From contig JBDKJP010000065.1 in NCBI GenBank assembly GCA_039796575.1, forward strand, positions 12,946-76,945: a stretch of DNA of 64,000 nucleotides, given 5' to 3'. The notes beneath the pieces are model-generated. The model was not told where the DNA came from, ran no database searches, and saw only the letters and a list, made by a program, of their open reading frames with translations. How positions within the stretch are numbered: the stretch's first letter is position 1; every line of letters begins with the position of its first letter. Below are positions 9,837 through 17,651 of the stretch, piece after piece. A program made the position numbers and the translations under genes. The DNA is from Actinomycetota bacterium (GTDB lineage Bacteria; Actinomycetota; Acidimicrobiia; Acidimicrobiales; Ilumatobacteraceae).

Positions 9837-11962
9837 GCGGGGTCGGCCTCCATCGTCGCCGGCGCGGGTACGGGCGCGGCGGCCGGCGCGTGGACCGGCT
9901 CCGGTGCCGGTTCGGCCAGCACGGCCGGGTCGTCGACACGCCGCCCGGTGAGCAGGCGCACGCCCACGTCGCGCAGCTTCACCCACAGGCTGCCGAGGCC
10001 GCCGGGCAGCACGAGCAGCACCAGCAGCACACCGAACCCGGTCGACAGGAGCTGCCAGGCGGGGTCGTTGATGAACCAGCGGGTGCCGCGCAGGTACAGC
10101 GCCCCGAGGAACGCGCCGCTGAACATGCCGAGGCCACCGATGACCGCACTGATGAACACGTTGAAGCTCTCGGCGGTGGTGAACGTGGCGATGCTGAAGC
10201 TGGTGTTGCCCTGCGCCAGGAGGGCCCCACCCATGCCGGCGATGATGCCGCTGATGACGAACGCGGTCAGCTTCGCCCGCACAACGCCGACCGCGTAGCT
10301 CTGCGCGGCCCGTTCGTTCTCGCGGATGGCCACGATGACGCGGCCCGTGCGTGTGCGGCGGATGCCCTGCAGCGCGAGCAGCAGCAGGGTGAGCACGACC
10401 ACCGAGTACGTGTAGAACCGCGTGGGGGTGTCGACGCGCACCTTGCCGAACAGCGGGTCGCGTTCGAAGCCGGTCTCGGCCTTCGGGAACCACGAGAAGA
10501 AGCGGTCGTTGAGGAGCCAGTACTCGGTGGCGAGCGCGAGCGCGAAGGTGGTGACGGCCAGGTACAGGCCGCGCAGCCGCAGCGCGGGCAGACCGACGAG
10601 GAACGCCGCGGCACCGCCGGCGAGGCCGCCGAGCAACAGGCCCAGCGTCATGTCGACGTGCCACCGCCACGTGAGCGTGGCGCTCACCGCGGCGCCGATG
10701 CCGGCGAGCGCCATCTGCCCGAACGAGATCTGGCCGGCCCATCCGGTGAGCACCACCAGCGAGAGCCCGACCACCACGAACGCCACCAGCGCGGTGGCCT
10801 TGATGACGAGGTCGACGTCGAGCACGAGCGGCACCGACACCACGCCGAGCACGCCGAGCGCGACGAGCGTCCAGCGCACGGTGGGCACCCACCCGTACGC
10901 GGCCAGCACCGGAGGCACCGGGCGCACCTGTTCGGCGCCACGCCAACTGCTGGTGGCATCGTTGTCGCGGCGCAGGGTGCTCGACCGTTGGGCCAACAGG
11001 GCCACGAACATCGCCCCCGCCATGATCGGGTACGCCAGGAACGGCGACTCGGAGTTCCACGTGATGCCCGACTCCAGCAGCGTCAACGACATCGCGGCGA
11101 ACGCGATGGTGGGCAGCCGTTCCAGCCGGCCGATCACCAGCGCGGCGAGCGCCACCAGCAGCGCGGGGAGCCCGGCGGCGAACCCGAGCGGCACGCCGCT
11201 GATGCCGCTGCGCAGGAACAGACCGAGGTACGCCAGTGCACCGGCGATGGCCCACACCACGGTGTTGAGCCGCGACACCGGGATGCCCAGCATCGCGGCG
11301 CGGTCGGTGCGTTCGGCCGAGGCACGGATGGCAACGCCGAGGCGGCTGCGGTTCAGGAACCACGCCACGAACAGGATGGCGGCCGGGCCGACGACCAGCG
11401 CGATGAGGTGGTTGGCGTTGAGGATGTACCCGCCCGGTTCGGCCTGCCAGAACTTCAGTCGGAAGCTCGGGGTGAACTTCCAGTCGACCGGCGGGTCGAG
11501 CCGTTCACTGGCGAGGTTCCTCCCCCACCAACGCGGGATGAGGATGCCGATCACGAGCAGCAGCTGCGTGATGCCGAGCGTCGCGACGGTCACCACCATG
11601 CGCGGCGCGTTGCGGAAGCGGCGGATGAACGCGACCTCGACGATGGCGCCGAGCAGCAGCGCCATCACCAGGCCCACGCTCATGCCGAGGAAGTACGGCC
11701 ATCCCCAGAACAGCACGAACGACGCGGCGAACCCGGTCGGCACCGTGCCCAGTTCGGCCTGCGCGAAGTTGACGACGCGGTTGGCGCGGTAGATGAGGGC
11801 GAGCCCGATGGCGAGCATCGACGAGAGCACGCCCTTGACCACGCTCTCCACCCACATGCCGAACGGCATCGGGTAGTGCAGGAGCTGCAGCAGCACGACG
11901 GCCGCGATGGTGCCCCATGCCACGACCGACGTTGTGATGTAGCGAGCCCCCCAGCGACGCAC
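9833..11962 (-). CDS. Fused LivH+LivM-type branched-chain amino acid ABC permease
   Basis: 709 aa and highly hydrophobic throughout. Both halves resemble BPD_transp_2 permeases (e.g. LIYRANRVVNFAQAELGT in the first half; GWAGQISFGQMALAGIGA in the second). Confidence 0.85.
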   Translation of the reverse strand: MRRWGARYITTSVVAWGTIAAVVLLQLLHYPMPFGMWVESVVKGVLSSMLAIGLALIYRANRVVNFAQAELGTVPTGFAASFVLFWGWPYFLGMSVGLVMALLLGAIVEVAFIRRFRNAPRMVVTVATLGITQLLLVIGILIPRWWGRNLASERLDPPVDWKFTPSFRLKFWQAEPGGYILNANHLIALVVGPAAILFVAWFLNRSRLGVAIRASAERTDRAAMLGIPVSRLNTVVWAIAGALAYLGLFLRSGISGVPLGFAAGLPALLVALAALVIGRLERLPTIAFAAMSLTLLESGITWNSESPFLAYPIMAGAMFVALLAQRSSTLRRDNDATSSWRGAEQVRPVPPVLAAYGWVPTVRWTLVALGVLGVVSVPLVLDVDLVIKATALVAFVVVGLSLVVLTGWAGQISFGQMALAGIGAAVSATLTWRWHVDMTLGLLLGGLAGGAAAFLVGLPALRLRGLYLAVTTFALALATEYWLLNDRFFSWFPKAETGFERDPLFGKVRVDTPTRFYTYSVVVLTLLLLALQGIRRTRTGRVIVAIRENERAAQSYAVGVVRAKLTAFVISGIIAGMGGALLAQGNTSFSIATFTTAESFNVFISAVIGGLGMFSGAFLGALYLRGTRWFINDPAWQLLSTGFGVLLVLLVLPGGLGSLWVKLRDVGVRLLTGRRVDDPAVLAEPAPEPVHAPAAAPVPAPATMEADPA

Positions 11963-11980
11963 GTCCGGACCTTACGCGGT

Positions 11981-12733
11981 TCAGAGCAACCCTCTGTGCA
12001 GTGCAACCAATTGCGGCACGAGGTGCACCCCCGGGGTGGCGCAGAACAGGTCCTGGTCGATCACCTCGAACCCCCGATGCGACAACAGCGCTGCCAGCGG
12101 CGAGGGGGCCGGCACGCACAGCTCGACCTGTTCGCCGCCCGGGAGTGCGGCGAGCAGTGTGTCCACCTCGGCTTCGGGATGCTCGCTCATCATCCGCAGC
12201 ACCCGGTGCGGCTCGCCGACATGCGGCGAGCGGAGCAGCACGAGATCGGGCGAGATCGCTGCGCCGAGCGACACGTAGAAGTCGACCAGTTCGTGACGGT
12301 CGTGCCGCCACTGTCCCGACTCGGTCGGCGGGCCGCCGCCCGTGGCGTGGCCGCGGAGCACGAGCACCGGCCAGCACGGCTCGAGGCCGGCCGCCGCATA
12401 GGCGGCGCGTGCGGCCGGGTGGTCGGAGCTGCACGTCATCCGCCGCTCGAACCCGTCGGTGACGGCGGCGAGCAGCGCACCACCGATGCCGCTCCCGCGC
12501 TGCTCGGCCGCGACGAACAGATCGGTCACCATGACCGCATCGCCGACCGGGATGCCGCCCGCGAAGCCGTGGACGACACGGTCGTCGTCGCCGTCGCAGG
12601 CCACCACGAGCCGACCCTGCGCAGCGACGAAGTCGAGATACCCTTCGTCCACCCCTGGCGCGTCGCCTTCTTCGGCGATGACGATCATCTTCGCCACATC
12701 GGCGCGCCGTGCATGACGGATCGGCAGCAGCAT
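11981..12733 (-). CDS. GNAT-family N-acetyltransferase with a C-terminal extension
   Basis: ORF 11981..13162 trimmed to ATG 12733 (MLLPIRHARRADV). It has the acetyl-CoA-binding motif AAEQRGSGIGGALL. The upstream part of the ORF is antisense to the next gene. Confidence 0.7.
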   Translation of the reverse strand: MLLPIRHARRADVAKMIVIAEEGDAPGVDEGYLDFVAAQGRLVVACDGDDDRVVHGFAGGIPVGDAVMVTDLFVAAEQRGSGIGGALLAAVTDGFERRMTCSSDHPAARAAYAAAGLEPCWPVLVLRGHATGGGPPTESGQWRHDRHELVDFYVSLGAAISPDLVLLRSPHVGEPHRVLRMMSEHPEAEVDTLLAALPGGEQVELCVPAPSPLAALLSHRGFEVIDQDLFCATPGVHLVPQLVALHRGLL

Positions 12734-12791
12734 CGTGACAGCTTCGCACCAAGACTTGAGTTGGGCCGCGCGGTCGGTCAGGCTGGAGGGC

Positions 12792-13349
12792 GTGACGCGC
12801 ACTCCCCCCGCTCGCCCCGCCTCCTTCGCGCGCCGTCTCGTCTCGGTCGCGCTCCTCGTCGGCACCGTCGCCGCGTGCAACAGCGACATCGGTGACGCCG
12901 ACCCTGCGGCCACCACGGCCAGCACCTCGACGTCCACCACGAGCACGCTGGCGCCCACGACGACGCTGGCCCCCACCACCACGTTGCCGCCCACCACCAC
13001 GACGCAGCCGCTCGTCCTCACCCCCGGTGTGGTGAAGGTGGCGAACTCGTCGGGTGTCGACGGTGCGGCGGGCGTGCTGACCGACGAGCTGGCCGCGCTC
13101 GGGTTCGACATGCGCAAGGCCACCAACGGCGCCGGGCCCGACGGCGACCTCGACGTCAGCAAGATCTACGTCGTCGCCGGCAGCGAGGACGTCGCCAGGT
13201 CGGTCAGTCGGCTGATGGGTGGCCTCGAGATCCTGCCGATGCCCACGCCTGCCTGGATCACCGGCGCCAACGAGAACCTCGCCGACGCGACCGTGCTGGT
13301 GATGCTCGGCCACGATCTCGCCGGCAAGCGCCTCGCCGAGATGACCTGA
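12792..13349 (+). CDS. Lipoprotein with a LytR_C-like (LytR cell-envelope C-terminal) domain
   Basis: GTG 12792 follows GGAGGG. It has a signal peptide plus lipobox LLVGTVAAC, a Thr/Pro-rich linker (TTTLAPTTTLAPTTTLPPTTTT), then VKVANSSGVDGAAGVLTDELAALGF..VLVMLGHD, typical of LytR_C. Confidence 0.7.
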   Translation: MTRTPPARPASFARRLVSVALLVGTVAACNSDIGDADPAATTASTSTSTTSTLAPTTTLAPTTTLPPTTTTQPLVLTPGVVKVANSSGVDGAAGVLTDELAALGFDMRKATNGAGPDGDLDVSKIYVVAGSEDVARSVSRLMGGLEILPMPTPAWITGANENLADATVLVMLGHDLAGKRLAEMT

Positions 13350-13369
13350 CCCGCGTAGCCTCTGGCCCG

Positions 13370-14245
13370 ATGGCCCGCTCGAACTGGACGACGCACCGAC
13401 GCGTGCTCGACGTGCGCCGTCGCTGGCCGCTCGCGAACACGGTCGTCACCGCGATCGATCGCTTCACGCGTCACCGCACCGGACGCAACAGCGCGCTCGT
13501 CGCCCACTACGGGTTCCTGTCGGTGTTCCCGTTGATGTTGGTGTTCACCACCATCCTCGGCTTCGTGCTCCAGGACAACGTCGAGCTGCAGCAACGCATC
13601 ATCGAGTCAGTGCTCGCCAACTTCCCCATCATCGGCAGCGAGCTCGAGCAGGACCCGACGGTGCTGCGCGGCAGCGTGTGGCTGTTGGTCTTCGGTCTCC
13701 TCACCGCGCTGTGGGCGGGTCTGAAGGCGTTCAACGTGCTGCAGATGGCGCTCGACGACATCGCCGACGTGCCGATCGACGAGCGGCCGAACATGATCGA
13801 GGTGCGGTTGCGGTCGCTCATCGCGATCGTGGTCATCGGCACGGCGCAGATCGCCGCGGCCGCACTCACCGGCCTGGTCAGCGCGACGCGCACCGAGTGG
13901 GGCAGCCGCATCTGGTTGCTCGTCGGCACCCTTGCCATCAACACCGGTGCCGTCGGCGCCACCTACCACTGGTTGTGCACCCGGCGGCCGTCGTTGCGGG
14001 CGTTGTTCCCCGGGGCGTTGTTCAGCGGCTTCGCCTTCACGCTGTTCCAGTTGGCGGGTGCCACGTTGATGACCCGGGCCATCGTGCGCGCCAACCCGAT
14101 CTACGGGTCGTTCGCCACCGTGATCGGGCTGATGTTCTGGCTGGGGCTGCACTCGATGGCGGCGCTGCTGGGCGCGGAGCTGAACCGTTCGCTCCCCATC
14201 CGCGCCTACGACGACGACCTCGACCGCCACGACGAGCTCCTCTGA
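13370..14245 (+). CDS. YihY/BrkB-family inner membrane protein
   Basis: 291 aa. It begins with RFTRHRTGRNSALVAHYGFLSVFPLMLV, has about 6 TM helices, and ends with ANPIYGSFATVIGLMFWL, characteristic of the YihY/virulence factor BrkB family. Confidence 0.85.
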   Translation: MARSNWTTHRRVLDVRRRWPLANTVVTAIDRFTRHRTGRNSALVAHYGFLSVFPLMLVFTTILGFVLQDNVELQQRIIESVLANFPIIGSELEQDPTVLRGSVWLLVFGLLTALWAGLKAFNVLQMALDDIADVPIDERPNMIEVRLRSLIAIVVIGTAQIAAAALTGLVSATRTEWGSRIWLLVGTLAINTGAVGATYHWLCTRRPSLRALFPGALFSGFAFTLFQLAGATLMTRAIVRANPIYGSFATVIGLMFWLGLHSMAALLGAELNRSLPIRAYDDDLDRHDELL

Positions 14246-14398
14246 CCCACCGAACCCGCCCTTGGTCGGGTCCGTTTCGTGCCATTTCCGGCTCACTACG
14301 GACCCACGGGTGGGAATCACGCCATCCCTGGCGCGAACCGGACCCGTGGGTCCGAAAAGCGACATGGGGAGGGGCGGCACCGGCGCGAGACTGCGGGC

Positions 14399-14770
14399 AT
14401 GGTGCGACTGGGGACGGTGGTGATGGGCGCCGACGACGTCGGCCGCGCGGTGGGCTTCTGGCGCGAGGTGCTCGGCTACGACGTGGTGGCGTTCCCCGAC
14501 GCCGACGACGAGTTCACCATCCTGGTACCGCCCGACAAGGTGGGGACGCGTGTCGCGTTCCACCGCAGCACGGTGCCGGTGCAGGAACGCCCGCGGGTGC
14601 ACCTCGATCTCGTCACCGACAGCGCCGACGAACAGGCGGCCGAGGTGGCGCGTTTGATCGCCCTCGGCGCGGTGCGGGTGGCGTGGGATTACCCCACCGA
14701 CCCCGACTTCGTGGTGCTCGCCGACACCGAGGGCAACCGGTTCTGCGTCATCGACGCCAGCCACCCCTGA
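14399..14770 (+). CDS. VOC (glyoxalase/bleomycin-resistance/dioxygenase) family protein
   Basis: ORF 14279..14770 trimmed to ATG 14399 (MVRLGTVVMGADDVGRAVGFWREVLGY..). It has the terminal HLDL..DTEGNRFCV pattern of VOC proteins. Confidence 0.8.
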   Translation: MVRLGTVVMGADDVGRAVGFWREVLGYDVVAFPDADDEFTILVPPDKVGTRVAFHRSTVPVQERPRVHLDLVTDSADEQAAEVARLIALGAVRVAWDYPTDPDFVVLADTEGNRFCVIDASHP

Positions 14771-14800
14771 CCCACACCCCGCCGTCGAGGGTTGCGCGGG

Positions 14801-15280
14801 TCAGGCGGAGGGGGTGGCGGTGACGATCTGCTCGATGCGCTCGAGCGTCTTGGTCATCGAGTCGATGACCTTCGACCGCATGTTGCGCACGGCCCGCGGG
14901 TGGGCCTCCTGCGTGATGTCCCACGTCTCGCGCACGAGGGTGCCGCCGTCCTGCGGCTCGAGCTCGTAGCGCCAGATGCGGCCGCCGGCGAACCACCGCA
15001 TGAACGAGATCGACGGGCGGGGCTGCCACGCGATGCGACGGTTCTCCTCGAACTCCACGACGGTGCTGACCATCGAGTACGGGACGCCCATCTTCATCGA
15101 CATGCCGAACTTCGAGCCGAGCGCCAGGCGCTGCGAGCCCTCGCTGGCGCCCTGCACGGTGCCGGAGCCGTCGATCTCCTTGTGGCGGGCCGGGTCGGCG
15201 AGCAGATCGAAGATCGCGGCGGCGGGCGCCGGGACGAAACGTTCGACGGAAGCGAGGTCGGGGGAATCGGTGCTGGTCAC
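14801..15280 (-). CDS. SRPBCC (START/polyketide-cyclase-like) family protein
   Basis: ORF 14801..15724 trimmed to GTG 15280 (VTSTDSPDLASVERFVPAPAAAIFDLLADPARHKEIDGSG..), 159 aa. The N-terminal pattern is typical of the SRPBCC/Polyketide_cyc2 family. Confidence 0.8.
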   Translation of the reverse strand: MTSTDSPDLASVERFVPAPAAAIFDLLADPARHKEIDGSGTVQGASEGSQRLALGSKFGMSMKMGVPYSMVSTVVEFEENRRIAWQPRPSISFMRWFAGGRIWRYELEPQDGGTLVRETWDITQEAHPRAVRNMRSKVIDSMTKTLERIEQIVTATPSA

Positions 15281-15380
15281 GGGGCGTGCAACCGCACGGT
15301 CCCCGATCGCATTCCTCCGATTCGTGATCGCCTTCGTCGGATTCGTCAAGAAACTGTGCGAGCGTGCCGATGAAAAGGAC

Positions 15381-17651
15381 ATGTTCGGACTTCGGCGCGC
15401 TCTCCTCGCGTGCGCCCTCACGGCGGTCGCCGTGGCGGGTGTGGTGCCGACCGTCGCCCCCGAGCCCGTGGCCGAGGCGGCCGACGCGCCGTGGACCATT
15501 CCCACGTCGCCGCCGCGCTGCACCACCACGCAGGCGAACAACGGTGACGTCGCCGGCTGCGTGTTGATGGCCGGCGCCGAGCTGCCCGACGCACGTGGCT
15601 GGCCGCGGGCGCCGTTCCCCGAGCCGGAGAACCCGACCGTGGTGGCGTGGGTCGATCTCGGTGTCGGCTCGAACGACACGACGGTGGCGAAGGTGCAGGA
15701 AGCGCTGAACAAGGCCGGCGCCACGCTGGTGGCCGACGGCGCGTTCGGGCAGCAGACCCTGGCCGCGGTGAAGGCCTACCAGTACGCCAACACGCTGCCG
15801 GTCACGGGTGTGGTCGATCAGACGATGGCCACCAAGCTCGGGGTGCAGCGCACCACGGGTGGCACGTTCCCCCCGAAGGGGTGGACCTGGCTCGGCTGGG
15901 GCTACAACGGCAGCCCGGCCCTCGCCGCGTTCGAGCAGCAGCTCGTCGGCAACGCCAAGCCGATCGGTGCGATGCGGGTGGGCCAGCTGCGGTCGTTCAA
16001 GGACGCGCTGCCGCTGTTCGAGGGCTTCTACGCCGAGATCCAGCGCAAGGGCTACGTCATCAACGACGGTGGCACCTGGGTGTTCCGGTGCACGGCCAGC
16101 ACGCGCAAGGACTGTGCCGGTCAGACCCGGTACTCGCTCTCGAACCATGCGTTCGGGTTGGCGAGCGACATCAACACGGTGAAGAACCCGATGGTGCGCT
16201 ACTACGCACTCGACCTGGTCACGGCGTGCAGCACACCGATGAAGACCGACATGCCGCGCTGGGTGGTGCAGACCGCCGAGAAGTGGGGTCTCTACTGGGG
16301 CGGCTATGCGTGGAGCAGCGGCTGCCAGACGCCCACACAGTGGCGGTCGTCGGTGGTGCGCGACCCGATGCACTTCGAGTTCAACGGCACCCCCGCGCAG
16401 GCGCAGGCCATCCTTCGCCGCAACCTCGGTTCGGGCAAGTGCATCGACGTGGTGAACGAGGCCGGCGTGCAGGTGAACTGGTGCCTGATGGCCGGCGAGG
16501 TGCCGCCCGCCGGCACCCGTGTCGCCATCACCACCGCCCCGCCGTCCGGTGCGACCGCTGCGCTGGTGAACATCGTGACGACGAACGTGCAGGCGCCCGG
16601 CTGGCTCGCCGCCGAGGACTGCGCCGCTCGCCCCGCCGGCCCGCGGCCGTGGTCGACGGGCAACGTGCGCACCGGACGAACCACGTCGGCGACGGCGGTG
16701 GTGCCGCTCGACAGCAAGGGCCGGTTCTGCATCTACCAGTCGTCGGCGTTCCATCTGGTGGTCGATGTGCAGGGCTACTTCGCCCCGTCGGCGGCCGCGC
16801 CCACGGGCAACCTGTTCACGCCCGTCACGCCCATCCGCACGGTCGACACCCGCACCAGCACCTCGTGCACACCCGAGGGCGTCTGCTTCGCGCCGGCGCC
16901 GGTGACGGGTCTCACCGAGGTGATGAGCAACGCGCCCACCGCCGCGGTGCCCGTCGCGACGATGGCGAACATCACCGTGGTCGGCCCCGCAGGTCCCGGT
17001 TACACGGTGGCGGGGGCGTGCGACGTGCTCGCGCCCGGCGCGCAGCGCTACAGCAACGTGAACTTCACCCATCTCGATCCGGCCACGGCGAACATGGCGG
17101 TGGTGCCGACGCGCAGCACCGAGCTCGGCGCACAGTTCTGCGAGTTCACGACGCGCGACAGCCATCAGGTCATCGACGTCACCGGCTTCTTCGCGCCGCC
17201 CTCCCCCGGCGCACTGGGGTACACGGCGCTCACCCCCTCGCGTCTCGTCGACACCCGCCGCTGCTGGACCGACCCGGTCACAAAGCTCGAGCGGTGCGCG
17301 ATGTCGAACGCGGCCGGCAGTGTGCTGCGCATCGCCGCGCCGACCGGTGCGTCGGCGGTGCTGGTGAACCTGATCGCGGTGAACTCCACCACACCGGGCG
17401 AGCTCACCCCTGCGGCATGTTCGGCGTTCACGGCCAACAAGCCGGTGGCGCCCGCGGTGCAGGCGGTGGTCGGTGGCGCGGTGGCCAACCTCGCAGCCGT
17501 GCCGGTCGACCCCGACGGCACGTTCTGCGTCAAGGTGTCGACGCAGATGCACGTCGTGGTCGACCTCGTCGGCACGTTCGGGTTGACGGCCGACCTGCGC
17601 TACGTGACGGTCACGCCGTCGCGCCTGCTCGACACTCGCCCAGGGACGTGA
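15381..17651 (+). CDS. Secreted cell-wall enzyme: peptidoglycan-binding domain + M15/VanY-like D-Ala-D-Ala peptidase + three C-terminal repeats
   Basis: ORF 14976..17651 trimmed to ATG 15381 (MFGLRRALLACALTAVAVAG, signal peptide). PG_binding_1-like segment: VQEALNKAGATLVADGAFGQQTLAAVKAYQ. M15-like metal ligands: SNHAFGLASDIN and DPMHFEF. Three repeats of ~125 aa each end in xTPxRxxDTR. Confidence 0.8.
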   Translation: MFGLRRALLACALTAVAVAGVVPTVAPEPVAEAADAPWTIPTSPPRCTTTQANNGDVAGCVLMAGAELPDARGWPRAPFPEPENPTVVAWVDLGVGSNDTTVAKVQEALNKAGATLVADGAFGQQTLAAVKAYQYANTLPVTGVVDQTMATKLGVQRTTGGTFPPKGWTWLGWGYNGSPALAAFEQQLVGNAKPIGAMRVGQLRSFKDALPLFEGFYAEIQRKGYVINDGGTWVFRCTASTRKDCAGQTRYSLSNHAFGLASDINTVKNPMVRYYALDLVTACSTPMKTDMPRWVVQTAEKWGLYWGGYAWSSGCQTPTQWRSSVVRDPMHFEFNGTPAQAQAILRRNLGSGKCIDVVNEAGVQVNWCLMAGEVPPAGTRVAITTAPPSGATAALVNIVTTNVQAPGWLAAEDCAARPAGPRPWSTGNVRTGRTTSATAVVPLDSKGRFCIYQSSAFHLVVDVQGYFAPSAAAPTGNLFTPVTPIRTVDTRTSTSCTPEGVCFAPAPVTGLTEVMSNAPTAAVPVATMANITVVGPAGPGYTVAGACDVLAPGAQRYSNVNFTHLDPATANMAVVPTRSTELGAQFCEFTTRDSHQVIDVTGFFAPPSPGALGYTALTPSRLVDTRRCWTDPVTKLERCAMSNAAGSVLRIAAPTGASAVLVNLIAVNSTTPGELTPAACSAFTANKPVAPAVQAVVGGAVANLAAVPVDPDGTFCVKVSTQMHVVVDLVGTFGLTADLRYVTVTPSRLLDTRPGT

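Noticed and set aside
9837-11363. 5' extension of the 1480-aa ORF 6921..11363, suggesting an even larger fusion protein.
   Set aside because: The extension is Arg/Pro-rich nonsense overlapping the genuine LivH/LivM permease frame. The ATG at 9836 forms a classic ATGA overlap with the permease stop.
9890-12895. Very long ORFs on the opposite strand or in alternative frames of real genes. Examples: 9890..12895 (+) 1001 aa, 14748..17552 (-) 934 aa, 41213..44437 (+) 1074 aa, 51178..54642 (+) 1154 aa, 50903..53998 (-) 1031 aa, 485..1522 (+).
   Set aside because: Their translations are Arg/Ala/Gly/Pro/His-rich with no motifs. They fully overlap genes that have clear family signatures. Long stop-free antisense frames are expected at this GC content.
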